This document shows positions 50,917 to 64,000 of a stretch of 64,000 bases of DNA, one piece after another; position 1 is the stretch's first letter; each line of letters starts with the position of its first letter. This DNA is from Catajapyx aquilonaris (Eukaryota), in assembly GCA_000934665.2 (NCBI GenBank), contig KZ538314.1, forward strand, positions 1 to 64,000. Reading direction: 5' to 3'. Position numbers and translations under genes: made by a program. A model generated the notes under the pieces. That model saw only the letters and a program-made list of their open reading frames with translations. It searched no databases and was not told the origin of the DNA.

Positions 50917-53635
50917 ATCAACACCGAAATTTTTACTAATTTTCAGAACCAGTTTTTTCCGGTTCACAATATGGGAAGAGCCAGTGGAGCGAACCCAATA
51001 TGGGTAATAAACCTTTTTTCCCCCCAGTGGTATCAGAGCAGCATATCACTTACAATTTGCGCCATATTGAAATACATGGAGATTAATCAGTCCGCTTTGA
51101 ACTCACATGATTGAAAGCGCCAAGTGATGAGCTATTAAATACCCGGGCTATGTTAAAGTGATCTCTTGCATGAGTGTACCCATCAGTGTTTGCAGAACAG
51201 CTAAATATCACATTCGCTGAATATTTATTTTAGTGGCTGATCTGGTCGTTTATGACTGTAAATTAGGATTGGTCTCAAGACTTCCATGCAAGCATCCAAA
51301 GCCCTTTTCCCAGGCACGAGGCCCACCCCCATCGAGTTTGTTGGGTTGGAGAACGATTCGAGTGGAATAACGATCCCCCAACTGCATGCGCTCCAACAAA
51401 ACTAGAGCTCCCGCTGAAACACGTCCGGAACTTGTGATTGCTTTCAAAGTATGCTTTCCGGGCCTACCCACCATTCACGCGCCGCCAACATCATTACCTA
51501 GATGCAGGGGCCTGCTAACACCACATTTTTTAAAGAACCATCCTAACTCAACCCACATAGGAGAGGCAACTCTCCAATAGCTATTCTCATGGGTTGTTCA
51601 ACAGCATAGCAGAATTGCGGTAGGGTTATGTTTGTTCAGGTCTGGTTGTACACTAAGCAGGTTTTACCTGGCTCTCCTAAAATGTGGGTCACAAGCAGAG
51701 AGGGTAAATTTTGAGATAGAGTGGCGGATATCCAGGGGCTTTTAAAAAAAGAGTGGGCATGTAAGCAGTGTGATTAATTCATTCGGATTATCCGTACTTA
51801 ACGGCGTGCCCATGAATTTTGTAGATTGGGAGGGCTAAGCATTTTAACCTGTCGACGCATTTTATTTCGATTAATCATCAGATTCCTGCTGCCAGCAAAT
51901 ACTTGTAGTTTTACGAAGAACCGGGGTTATTCGGGACGGACAATATTTTTCATGTCTTCAAAACAATGTCAGTTAGTTGTTTTTGAGCTTGATTTATAGG
52001 CCGATTCGTCACATTTACAACCGCAAATCTCATCGTAAAGGTAACCTCAACCATATGGCTTTGCATACTTTTGTTTCAGTCGGTTTATAATTGGCTGTTA
52101 GTCTGGTACAGAGTGAAACCTTTGTTAGATGCTATTATACATAATTATATGATATATGATCATATCAAATATTCTGAGGCCAGGAGTGGTCTTAAAAGAT
52201 AATAAAACATGCCCCTCTGGTGCGATATGTTAATAGTGTTCAATTATTTAATGGCGAGCGGCAATCGATGCACAATATTGGGGGCACCTCGTACATAATT
52301 AGATTAAAATAAAGCTAATTTGTGGGAAACAGTAGGCGGCATGGTACAGTAGTAGACCTATTAATGCATTTATAATAGATGCACGCACTACATTATTGCG
52401 AACGTATGCACCTGTTGCTGTATGCGTCGTATTTTAATAATAGTGTATAAGACACTGCACTGCCATATGCCTAGTGTCCCTATATCACAATAAAAGGTCA
52501 CTAATACATTATGAATAGCCGGTAATGACGTTTTGAGTGAAATAATAAATTCACGAGTCCAATAGCTACAGGCGCACGTAAAAGTGCAGCCAAGCTGACC
52601 TGTTAAATATTGCAAAATATATACGTAGGCTACATGCAGTCAGTACTGTCCAAATTGCGCAGCAAAAAATCAATTAGAGAACGCACCGTCCTGCAGTTGT
52701 ATAATATACCTCCATTGCTTTAAAATGCAGCTATTCAATGATATTAACATAATTATTAAAGTAGTTGCACATTAATGAAAATAGCAATTATTATGAGCAT
52801 TTCATACTGCTTTTAGGCAATGAGAAGAAACGCATAGTAATAAAACGGTTATTAGGCATGGGAGTGCCACTGTATACTGCTTCTGTAGATCTGAGTTTGC
52901 ATTTTATTTTCTACCATACGAAACTCAAATCTCATGGGACACTCCCTTGATTTTTTAACTCAAATTCTAAGGCCCAAGCTCTGGACCCAACACAACAAGA
53001 AAAATCCAGCCACCCCCAACCTGCAAGTCCTATTGCGTCCGGGTAAAATATGACGTCGTTGCTAAAAAGAAACGAGCTCGGCATTTCCCTCAGCGTCGGC
53101 CAAGGAAAGTGCCTCAGCTCACTCCGCCAGCTTTTGTAGGGCATTTATCTCCGGAGGTCCCAAAAGCACCCACAGAAACCGCTCGAGGGACATTCCAAAT
53201 ATGAGATATTCACCGCTGAGTTCCACCCCTGGCCGGATTTTTTTGGCAAAAAAATACAAAAAAAGGGGTCGTGTGAGCCAACTGGACTATATGCATTAGT
53301 AATTTAGAAGAGTGGGAGTTGGAACAAAGTGGTTCGATATACCCCAGACATTCAAGCCAAAATACCGTGCTCGTGGGTTATGTCCGAAACTATATTTAAT
53401 ACACATTGTAGTTGCGAGTTTGGAATTTTGGACCAGTTTTTTCTGTTCTACCACAGCCCACACAGCCTTGGGGAATGGCCGCTAAACAATTCATGGACAC
53501 ACTAGTGGAACCCTGAGCTAAGCCATCAGCAGTTGACACTAAACACCAGGTTAGTCAACATTCAGAGTGACGACTCCTAAATTAATAAACACCGGACTAT
53601 GCCAACGAGTTATGCTAATATTGTCACAAGATTAT

Positions 53636-53694
53636 GGGTGTAGCTGGTATATAGTGGGTGCCACCTCCGAGGTCTCGAGTTCGTTCCTCGGTGC
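53636..53694 (+). repeat. Possible degenerate tRNA-derived SINE head
   Basis: A-box-like TAGCTGGT, then a T-arm-like CGAG-TTCGTTC-CTCG preceded by GAGGTC. No full cloverleaf, and the box spacing is short. Confidence 0.25.
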
Positions 53695-56600
53695 AAAATA
53701 GACGCAATCACTTAACGCAACTTGAAAATGATTGATCACACAAGTGGTACACTTCCACAATGATTAATGACAAAATAATGCCAACAACATCTGGATCGTT
53801 CACTATCCACTCGCTTTAAATGCTAAAATAGTGTCGCGACACATACAAATAACTCTGCGGATTACTCCCCAAGTTTACTTTGCGGATGGTGCAAGAATAA
53901 CCTGCTAACTAATTCTTAAACTCTTCACAATCAATTTTACACGACGGCACCCTGCACAAAAAAAAGACATCAAGGAGGAAGGCCTAGAGCGACATGTGGA
54001 AATGGAGTGGAATTTCCTTCCAGACAGTTTACCCGCAACATTTCGTGCACATTACAAGGTAGTCCTCCAAATAACCAAACTTTTTGGGAAGACAAAAGTC
54101 GTTGGGACAAAGTTTGGGAGATAAGGCCTTCATGGCCTCTGGGTAGATTGCAAGGAATCGAACACCAATAACTCTTACAGATTGGGTACGCCCTGTCTAG
54201 AGTGGTTCACATTCGCTTCCATCTACATTACTTCAAGTAGATATCAAATATTGAAACCATCTTTTTGTATTTAAAAATTACAAAAAAAATTATCCATACC
54301 TGATTATATTCATTTTTATAGTCAACAAGCTGGAGCAATTATATTATCATCAGCAATAGGCTCCTATAGAACTTTGATGCATCGAGTGGTTGACTCTGTA
54401 GATAAACAAGGAAATGGCAAAGTCTAGCCATTTATCACCCCCCCCCCTCCCCCACCAAAAAAACCCAAGTTGGCGCGGGTGTACTTGGCTACACTGGCAG
54501 TAACTTAATGTCTAGTGGAATGGCGTTAAGAATTTTTCTTGGCTGCCAAAGTCCAAATCCCATTGCACTGGACGTTTTGCCGCTTTTTCGTCGCGACAAG
54601 CCGTCGAACAGATTGAGCACAAAAATCGATCATGTATTCAAGCTTTGGTGGGGATTGGAAAAGGCATGCCCGATGCGATCTGAGATATTTTGACAGATTT
54701 TCAGGTCGATGTCGGGTCAATCCAGACTGTCACACACCGTCACGCTGGCCTAACAATTCAGGAGAAATATAGCTATTTGCAGTTATAGAAAAGCAAAAAC
54801 AGAAGATTTTGTNCCCCCCCCAGATGCTACGCAGTGTCTTCCAATATACAATTGAATAAATGACATTTTGGGAAGCAGCTGCTGCTGAGTGGACTCGAAA
54901 TGAGTTTTACCGTTTTTACATTAGTGTGATGGCCTTTTCGGAGTAATTTAGGTGGAAACTTTTCTTCCGATTTGAACCTATAAGGTTCTTGGAAATCTAC
55001 TTCTGCTGATCAATATAGACACGGAAAGGAGTAAAAAATTGTGGAGAAGTATTCCAGACCCTGAGGTGTGACTTCGACGAACTTTTTTTCCTTCGTCTTG
55101 AATCAATGCAGCAGCCTTCCAGATAAAACGATTTAACAATAGAGTTGGCCTAGTTGTATATAAAATCACACCGAAACAATAGGCTATACAGTAAACATCG
55201 AATTGTGGTTCACATTTAAAGCTTCAAAATGTATTTACACTTGGAGTTGTTCCAGAGTTGGTTGAGTTGATTAGATTGCGTGTAAAGTATTGGTATGAAA
55301 ATGTCATTAAAAGCGTAGGGTGGAGTGCACTCCACTTATGCACATTATTGGAGTGTGCAATGCGGTTAGGGGGGGGGGGGAAATCATGTGGATACATGAG
55401 CATCAAAATTTGCAGATTTATGGCACAACTTCAGAGATGTAATTACCAGATGTGCAACCTCAATTAAAACTCCTGTCACATGGGAATTATGGCTAATGGG
55501 CTAAACGTTTGGCCACACTGACAGACATTTGCGTGTCATCGTTTATTATTAGGAGCGTTTTGGTTCACACGGCTGTTTTCTTAGCCTATACCGCAATCCA
55601 TATTAGAAGAAATTCCCCCAACACGCTACCGTATAATAAAGCCTTATTTTTATGAGAATATTATAATGGTGTCATGTTCGCCACACAAACGTGTAGGTAA
55701 TTAAACTAATTAGAATCTCACATAACTTACATTATTAATTTGAACTTCCTAATATTCTTCAATGTTGCTAAAATGATCAATTCTCATATGTGTCGACTCT
55801 GTGGCATTATATGGCAGCTATTGTACTGTATATTTCACTGTGAGTAAAGAGAACAGCCACATTGATTGTGCATATAACATGTACCATAATTATTAATGTT
55901 TCCACCGGCACAAATGTGTGCGTAAACACTGCCCCTGATTGTTTTAATAACGCTGTTTAAATATCGAAGCCAAATAAACAAATTCCGGGCTGCAAAATGG
56001 TTTTCACTTGTATTTCTCATTTTTGTCGATGACAAAACTGTGTCATACCCTGTAAAATATACAGCGTGTGTGTCTGCCCAAGTTGACGATCTCAGCAGCG
56101 GAGAAGAGGGAGAGTTAATAGATGTCACCCTAGGTGATTCAAACAAATTCGAAATACAAAGAAAGGTAGACCCAAACTTTATGCTCCTATATCTTGCACA
56201 AAACCTGTCATATGCATTTTACCATTTGTGAAAAGTTTGATTTGTATTTCTGTTTGCAACAATGATCAAAAACTCGTGTACGTATTACTAACTGAAAAAC
56301 AATGTTTTAAATTTTAATGACATTTCATTGTTTCCCAGCACACTACCACTAATAATGATTTCACACGTTTGATTATATTCAGCACAAACGGTCTCGTGTA
56401 TTTATAGGCTGTTGTACCTCCCTCGCGCATATGCAAAATGTATATCAATGAGGCTAATGATCATTTTCCCACTGCACCTAAATGAATAATCCATAAACGC
56501 AGTCTACTTATATCATTTCAAACCAACGTTTATATTCATTAATCACGACCCTCCACGAGCAAGTGCTATCTGGCATACACGTGCTGCATGATGACGGCAG

Positions 56601-59600
56601 ATAACGTACATTAAAATACCATTCCACCACACCTGTCCAAGTTTCACTTGGCCTGTCTCTGCTTGGAACACAATCCCGACCACTTCATGAAGTATGTCAT
56701 CTCAACTGGTCATGGAGAGCCACAAGCATTATGCATATTTCGGACAACGTCAGGTTTAATAATGTCGATATATTAATTGGATTTGCTAATGTCAAATTAG
56801 CTACATGTTACTGTCCTACCGTTTGACAACGGAAAACAATGCATGCTAATTCAAAGGGTAGTTTGCGGTGATAATCACAAGCATCCCACATTTTGCGACA
56901 CAATGATTAGAACACAATACTTAAAACCTCATTCCACCACAGCAGGCATAAGATAAGACGCAATGGCTGCATGAATTATTGCAGTAATTACTAGCTAATC
57001 TGACGCGTAATTCCGCTTGCATTAGATCTGCAGCACTGGGCATTAGCAATCCAAAGTGTTTGGGTCCACACTATCAGGTCAGTGTCCGCAGCAGTATCCG
57101 GAGATCACCAGCTTCATACGGTATATACCACATCCTATATACAAGAAGGATCTCCAAATGGTCCAGTATATAGCAGAGCTCCGGAGATTAAAGGAGGTAT
57201 GCTTCTCATTTGGCAGTAGGGTTAACGCATAAGAAGATGTAGTTGGAAAAGTGATCCGGGGGACTTAACCGGAAGTATCGAATTTAATAGAGTTCGGCAA
57301 GGCGTGTAATTTTGCAATGCTGCCTTTCTACTGTATGAGCCCAATTCCGTGGCAGAAGCAGAGTTGGGATCTGCTCGTAAATGGGTTCTAATCTGCCAGC
57401 CCATCAAGTTGTAACTCCACACAAGAGATTCCAAGTGGTTTGTATTGACGGCCCATTTAAGCCGTCCCTTAATGAACTTTCCTCAAGGGCCATTAATTAT
57501 GAAGCACTCGGGCTAATGTCACTCAATTTTTCCACCCTCTGATTTCACACATTTCGATACATTCGGGCTAGTTCTGAACCACCCTGTGTTAGTGTATAGG
57601 GTGTGAAAAAGTGTCTCCCAAAGTCCCAGAGCGGCTGTCGCCACAGCTTTGATAGATGACGTGGCTCTAATGAGAATCCCAAACACAGCCTCCACTCTCC
57701 TTCTCCTCTAAAATCTCACCGGCTGCAATTTACTCCCAAATTTCTGTGGCGGAAGTGAGTGTCATTCGATTTTACAACCGCGATTCGAAGCGTTCATGCT
57801 GACACCTTACGTCCATACGTCATTGCTCCAGACACTCTGGACGTCCCCCAAAAATCAACCTTTTGGATGCCAGACTCGTCCCTGGAGCAATTTACGGCAC
57901 ACCCTGTACTAATAATAATAGCACCACATTTTACGGTGCATTATTATGAAAACGAATGAGCAACCTGGACTGGTTGTAATAGACCATGACGCACTATCAG
58001 CCTTTTTATAGATGTTACATCAGACCCATTGATTTATTACATAAAAGAAGGTCAACTGCACTAGGAACAATGTATTGAAACCCTATGCGGTCCACCCCCA
58101 TTCAAAAGATCACCGTATCGAGTCAATATGCTTCAGAGCCTGAAGGTGGCAGAAAATTCAGAGTTTCCTTTTGCTACTTTGTACCATATTCAGTGGGTTA
58201 TTTCCTCGGGGCTTGGGTACCGCTGCAGCCAATTTTTGACACTCAAGTGCCTTTTCGGCATATAGGCAGACCGATGTGAAATATTCTGACACGACCGTGT
58301 ATTTTTTTAGAGGCAAAAAAAACCTAATGCGTATCACAGTGCACTCTAATAGACGCCTCCACTCGCAAATAATGGAGTAAAAAAAAGTGTTTTGCTTCCG
58401 GCCTCATGGCTGCAACCGACATTCCCTTGAAACACATATCTGCAACGGTTTTTTTTAGGTCGGTCCTGCATTTGTCATCATTTGGGTAACTCTAGTATTC
58501 AACCCTGCTGGCCGAATTTCGTGCAATATTCATGCTCAGAATGGTCAGAATGTTTAGGTCTAATGTATGGGCTGTCAGAGTACACACACACAAACAGAAA
58601 AATATACAACCCGAATGTGGGTCCGCAATGGAACAACTGGGGAAAGTCGTAAATATTTTTGCATGTAACGGGGGACCTTTTAATGTAATTTGCAAGGTCA
58701 AGCTGAGTGAACTAATGGCGCTTTTTGTCACGTAATCACTAGAGGGCTGCCAGAATTTTATAGAAAAATAAAATTACAGCGCATACAGAATGTATGTTAA
58801 AATAATGGTGTGTGGCAAGTGCGAATGTGTTAAGTGACTAAAAGGCGGGGACTATAAAATTTTCAACCAGATGCCAAGTAAAAGTTTCAACAGCTTGAAA
58901 AATGCAATGGTTGAAAAACTTGGTTAGGTAGAATCTAGTACAGGTTGGAAACAAGGCCATCTGTAAAGGGAAAACGAAAAGAGACTTCAAGTGCTGCAGG
59001 CTGTTATTTCGCTCAGATGGCATGAGAAAAGGGTAATGCTGCAAAATATGAATAAAAAGCTAGAAAATGGAAAAAAAGAGAGATATGGTTGGAAGCACAC
59101 AACAGGTAGTGGGGGGTTGCGGCGGGTTTCTATCGATTTCCCTCAGCAGACTCTATGGTCTGATGACACTGACACTGCAGAGAATTCCTGACGCCCCCGC
59201 CTCTCTAGCTCTATCTACTTCATATCTAAAAGGTCATATGTGTGAGGTCACTAGGTCAAAATGCGATAATTGCATGAACTGTGCTCCACACTTTTCAAAA
59301 GCAACTCATCACTTTGATGTAGGGTCTACTGTACTAATTTTTAACCCTTAGGGTACATGTTTAGTACACTGCACAAATTCGCTTGGGTTGAACACTGTAG
59401 TTGCAAGCTGATTAAAGTGCGTGTGTACCAAATGAGTGTTTGAACACTTTGCGAGCTGTTTTGCTTTCCCAATATGTTGCCCATTTGTAAAGCGCAGAAG
59501 GCGTAAGCAAAAGGAGATTAGTTTCATACGAAAAAGTCAGCGGATTTTGCCACAAGCAACAAGTTTGTGCTAAATATGCTGAAATTTCGTTGGCAAGAAG

Positions 59601-62600
59601 TCAAGTAAATTATTGAGTTTGCAACTACATTTCGAACTAGCCAGCTCCTTACGCTTGACTTCTGGATGTTGACACGATTCTTGTAAAGTAATTTCCTAAA
59701 CATTTTTTGTATTCTAACTGTGTCATATTTCTTATGAAAGTCACAGCCTTGAATCTTCATTACGCAACCAATCCGGAACAATGGAATTCTAAGCTTCATC
59801 GCTTCCACTGAATATTCCATAAAATAAGAGATTGCATGACTCTTTCTCGATGTTTTGTGAACCCGTAATCCATCAACCCGCATTCAAATCTGATTTGCAA
59901 TGTAATGACCATGCCCCCTTTCTTTTGCAAAAAACTGAAAAAGGACGTTTCATAATAATCAGAATAATAATAAAAAAATTAATTGCCACCCCCCATAATT
60001 GCACCTCACAATTTCACGACTCCATCGTCACTAATGAAAATCCGATCGAATTCATTGGAACTAAGACACATAAAAGTCGACACGTTTTTGGCGCATAAAA
60101 CCTAAAGGCCTCGCACTTTTTGGGCATTAGGATAATTTCTCTCTCAACTCTCAAGAAGCCTTCCAAGATTCAGGAGCAAGGGCACAAAAGCTTGCGCCGA
60201 CTTAGTCTTCCTCTCACGGGATCCAAAAGCGTGCGCCGTTGGCACCTCAGAAACCGAACTGCATTGCGGATTCTCACCAACACAACGGGAGAACCATCAA
60301 AGAGTAGCATGTACCCACCACTACTAACACCAAAAATGATAACGAAAGCACAGTATAAAAAAAGAACAAGCCAATGTTGCTGGATGCCTAATCCACAAAG
60401 GCAGTTTTGGAACACGGTCAATTTTTGTTATCGAATTAGTTGGCTCGTCTGGAACTCGAAAATTTTTACTTGCATGAATACAGCCTGATTGGATATAACA
60501 TACGCAGCTTTATCAGTCAAGTGCTAAGCAAACAAAAATTAGTCTCAATGTTTTGGTATCGCACAACATGGTCGATATAGAGGGTATCGTGCCAAGAAGA
60601 AATTATAAGGTGCCCTTGGAGGCCGGGTTGGATATGCAGGGACTATTTGGCAGATACTTTCCGTGTCGACCGTGCTATTTTTGTGTGCCCAAAAAGGTTA
60701 ATGAAATCGACTTGGAGGGAAGGAGGGCCAAAGACGCGCCGTGGGAGGTGATTCATTTTCAGCTGACATTGGCAGAGGAATGATTTGGCTCCTTGATGGA
60801 TGTGAGGTGATGGAAACCTTGGCCTTATCGAATCATTCTGGCGCCACAGGGTTCGAATATTTATATGAAACCCGACCACAAACATCCAACTGTGCTACAA
60901 AAAAAAAATGAGGCGTCGCTATTTCAAAACCAACCTTCGCATGGCAAAGTGCATTTGCAAGAGTCGATATTAGATTAGCCCTTCCGCAAGCAGTCAAAAC
61001 AAGGGCACACATAATTAACGCCCATAAGCATTTTTCACCTGAACGCATTATCCTAAACGACCAGATGGGTCAATATTGGACGTCCTTGCAACGGATATTG
61101 GTTCACCATCACTAACCTACGACAAAGTACATATCTCGGCCAGCATGATTGAGCAACATCGCAAATTCTCGTTACATGTCTGTTATAATGTGATAAAAAT
61201 CTGTTTGTACAGTACAGTCTGGAACATGACCTTTCACTATACAATGCTCCACAGTTTCGTTACTGTATAATGGGTCAGTAGCCTTTTTTGAACCTGCACA
61301 CCTGTTAGCCAAGTTAGCGTGCCTCAGGCCTTATTACATGCATATAACATGTTTCCAACAGTACCTGCAATAATTTTTTTGTTATTCCGAGTCTCCCCAG
61401 AATTACTTATTATTCAAATGGCGATCCGGCCTTTGTTGACATTCTCCTAAAACTCGCCCACCCCCCTGGCAGTCATCCCTGAATCGAGTTAGCTTCGCAA
61501 GTTAACAAGCAGAAGCTCTGCAGGATTCATTAAGTGAGGTTGGAGGTTCTGCCGAGTAAAACTCCCAGAAACCAGACTCAACTGTGCAAAAAAAAAGGGC
61601 ATCACCGCGCATGCGCCATGCTGCAAACATGGCGCCGTACAAAATTGCAGTCTGGCGTCCGGAAAATGATTGCCATTTGGATCCATTTTGCATCCCTGCC
61701 TCCTCCAATTTTACGGGACATTGGGCTGGAATGGGGGAAACAACACGATGGGATTCAGCCCCCTAAGATATAATGCCTAATTCGGTCAGGCGTCAGAATT
61801 AAACTTGGTTGCATTTTTTTTCAGGGGCAATCATTGGTTTGTTTTTTTGGGGGGTTCTTCGAGAAACTAAGGGTTCCCTCGAGTTTGTGAAAGAAATTGG
61901 TCTCTTCTGCAACCGAGCGTATTGAGCCTTTTCACACGCCAGCAACTTTGGAGCAAAGTTGCTGGCATGCTCCGGTTTATACCAGAGGTGATGAGGGTTG
62001 GTAAGGGTTTGAGGGCAGTTACTCCATGAAGCGAGTCTCGGGGATTCTTGGTTTGGCACGAACCTGTTTTTGAGGTTTACCTGATGGCAGAAGCAAGCTT
62101 GCACTTTGAATATGATGCGATCAGCAATGGGGCAACCGATTGTAATGAGATCCGGGCATCCATTCAATTTAAAATTCGAGTTTGTTAAAGCACCATTGTC
62201 CAATTTTAAACAGCCGTAACTTTGATAAGCTTTTTAACACTGCCTTTGTGGCTCTTGGAGAATGCAAATGAATAAAGGAGCCTGAACTCCAAGCGCCATT
62301 TAATTTGCCTTTTCATCAACGCTTTCTGAACAGAAATTGAATCTGCGTGCGTTGGAGCTTCCCCCCTCACTGAAATGACTATTGTTTTCATTCCACAAGA
62401 TAACAAAATGAAATCATTAGCTGGCCTCATCACGCGCAATCAAGTGAGCATCAATAACAGGACCGGGGAAAATCCGAATGGGCCTGATGGTCCAATAAGA
62501 CCCCCATCTAGACAATGATGTGCGCGAGATAAATTTCGCGCTGTACGTCAATATCGGAGGTCCGAGTCATATGTAATGCGAAACTCCCCTGCCTGCCGAA

Positions 62601-62810
62601 ATTTCACCCCGGATATACACACAGAGGGGATTATTGGAAAATTCTTTGAAACTGCACGCCATAGTAAAATGAGGAGCCCTAGATGCAAAAGCCCTATCTC
62701 ACTCCAGATAATATTTTGTGCGGCACTTAAAACAGCACCGGGTCGATCAGTCAGTCACCGGCAAAACTAAGCTACTATCGATCATATAGTGTACAAAAAT
62801 ATAGACTCAC

Positions 62811-62874
62811 AATAGGTCTCCTTGGTCAGCTTTTCTATCGTTTCCTGCTTCAGTTTGGAATTCTTCTTGCCCAT
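62811..62874 (-). CDS. NCS1: NCS-1 coding exon 1 (64 nt): MGKKNSKLKQETIEKLTKETY + T
   Basis: Minus strand reads gcaacaATGGGCAAGAAGAATTCC...ACCTATT|gtgagt. Strong Kozak context (A at -3, G at +4) and a phase-1 donor. Confidence 0.97.
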
Positions 62875-63179
62875 TGTTGCACTGATTCAGCCACAGCACC
62901 GATCAAGCTTACAGCACCGAAACCTTCACCACACTGCACTATTATTTCTTAGACTCGGAATGTAGTCAAATAGTCAAAAAGGCATGCCAAATAAATTAAA
63001 TCAGGCCATCAGGAGCGAGGAGAGCACTGGGTCCGATGTGGGTGACACCCTCAGAAGAGTGGTTCGGGATAGTTGGTCTGCTGGGGAAGGTTCGACGGAG
63101 CACATGCCAGGGCGTCGCGTCACGGCGCCGCCTCCACTTGCCACAATGCGTCCCCGACGTCTGCATCAGACCCAGGGAA

Positions 63180-63442
63180 CGAGGGAGGGCGGGTATAGAC
63201 CGGGGGGTGAGTGGGGGAAGGCGGGGGGAAAGAGAGAAAGCCAGCACACCCCGACCCCTATATATACGCAGATGGCACTATCGACCTTTACCTGACTGGC
63301 AACTCACCTGAAAATATTATCTAAAACATCTAAAACATATTCCAATAGACACTTAGCTTATCTGAAGTGGACTCTTACTGGAAGATGTGACAGGCTGTAC
63401 CGATTTTTGGAGCAGGGAATATTGACAGGTCAGGCCAATCAG
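63180..63442 (-). promoter_or_regulatory. Candidate core/proximal promoter of NCS-1
   Basis: TATATATAGGGG on the minus strand (TATA 63259-63266), a pyrimidine-rich stretch about 30 nt downstream (63231-63240), an NF-Y-type GGCCAATCAG at 63433-63442, and GC boxes. It lies about 360-560 nt upstream of the ATG. The TSS cannot be verified from sequence. Confidence 0.45.
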
Positions 63443-64000
63443 GAAGGTAGTCAAAAAAATGAGTTATGTGGGGAGGGGGGGGGATAGTGTGTCAATCACT
63501 AGGGCTATTCATGCTGTCGAAAGCCCCGCCAAAGGTTTCCTAATCAGAATGCAGGAGATCAAAGAGTTTAGGCATGAGCTGCGCCGCTTATATTTCGGGG
63601 AACGGTTCGATTGGGATGGGATTTAATAAGCGACACTGCAATTGTAACGAGGTAAGTGATAAAGCAAATCTGGAATAATGCAGTAACGTATGGTCATCAG
63701 AAGGATATATGGGAATGCCTTTATGCAAAACGTGTGAGGTTTAGTCGAATTGCAAACAGTTAACTTCAGCCATAAAAGTTGGGTGCAGCTTTTTTTTGTA
63801 TGAAAAAAATCGGCTGCGTCATATGCTAATAGTATTCTATAAATTATTTTTGACATTGATTCCAGTACGTTTCAACTTTTCCATATGTTGCTAACTATAA
63901 AGTCACTGCATCTGTTTCGTGTAGAGCGCAAAGTTTATTGCACTTTATGAATTATGAATATTCTTCGTCAACGTCTGCTGTAACTGAAACGACTAGGTAG

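Larger units (their letters stand above)
398..62874 (-). other. NCS1: Neuronal calcium sensor-1 / frequenin gene, ATG-to-stop span (7 coding exons, 187 aa)
   Basis: Seven exons with canonical GT-AG junctions and matching phases join into an uninterrupted 564-nt ORF. The protein has an N-myristoylation motif (MGKKNS), a disabled EF1 (DCPNG), and EF2-EF4 loops [24 protein letters not shown] and [12 protein letters not shown]. It is nearly identical to insect frequenins as I recall them. Confidence 0.97.

Noticed and set aside
116..63856. The short ORFs of the six-frame track as independent or nested genes
   Set aside because: None resembles a protein family I recognise. They are short, overlap on both strands and lie almost entirely in NCS-1 introns or flanks. 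I saw no transposase or reverse-transcriptase motifs.

Overview
Eukaryotic (animal, most likely arthropod) genomic DNA. One gene fills almost the whole window: a minus-strand neuronal calcium sensor-1/frequenin (NCS-1) gene. I assembled it by hand from 7 GT-AG coding exons: 62811-62874, 37892-37916, 15957-16005, 13537-13626, 13066-13144, 2629-2717 and 398-565. The phases are compatible and the total is 564 nt, giving 187 aa: [187 protein letters not shown]. About 99% of the gene span is intron (24.9, 21.9, 2.3, 0.4, 10.3 and 2.1 kb). The ORF track is essentially noise. The introns hold two intact MITEs (Kolobok/T2-like and Harbinger-like), two ends of a foldback-like element, minisatellites, several perfect palindromes, four perfect CRE sites concentrated in intron 2, and a 177-nt assembly gap. 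I see no prokaryotic system, no CRISPR array and no confidently new gene. The best leads are speculative and concern regulation or splicing: a candidate internal promoter with an alternative, non-myristoylated first exon in intron 2; candidate in-frame microexons; and an AG|GT recursive-splice-like site upstream of the start codon.
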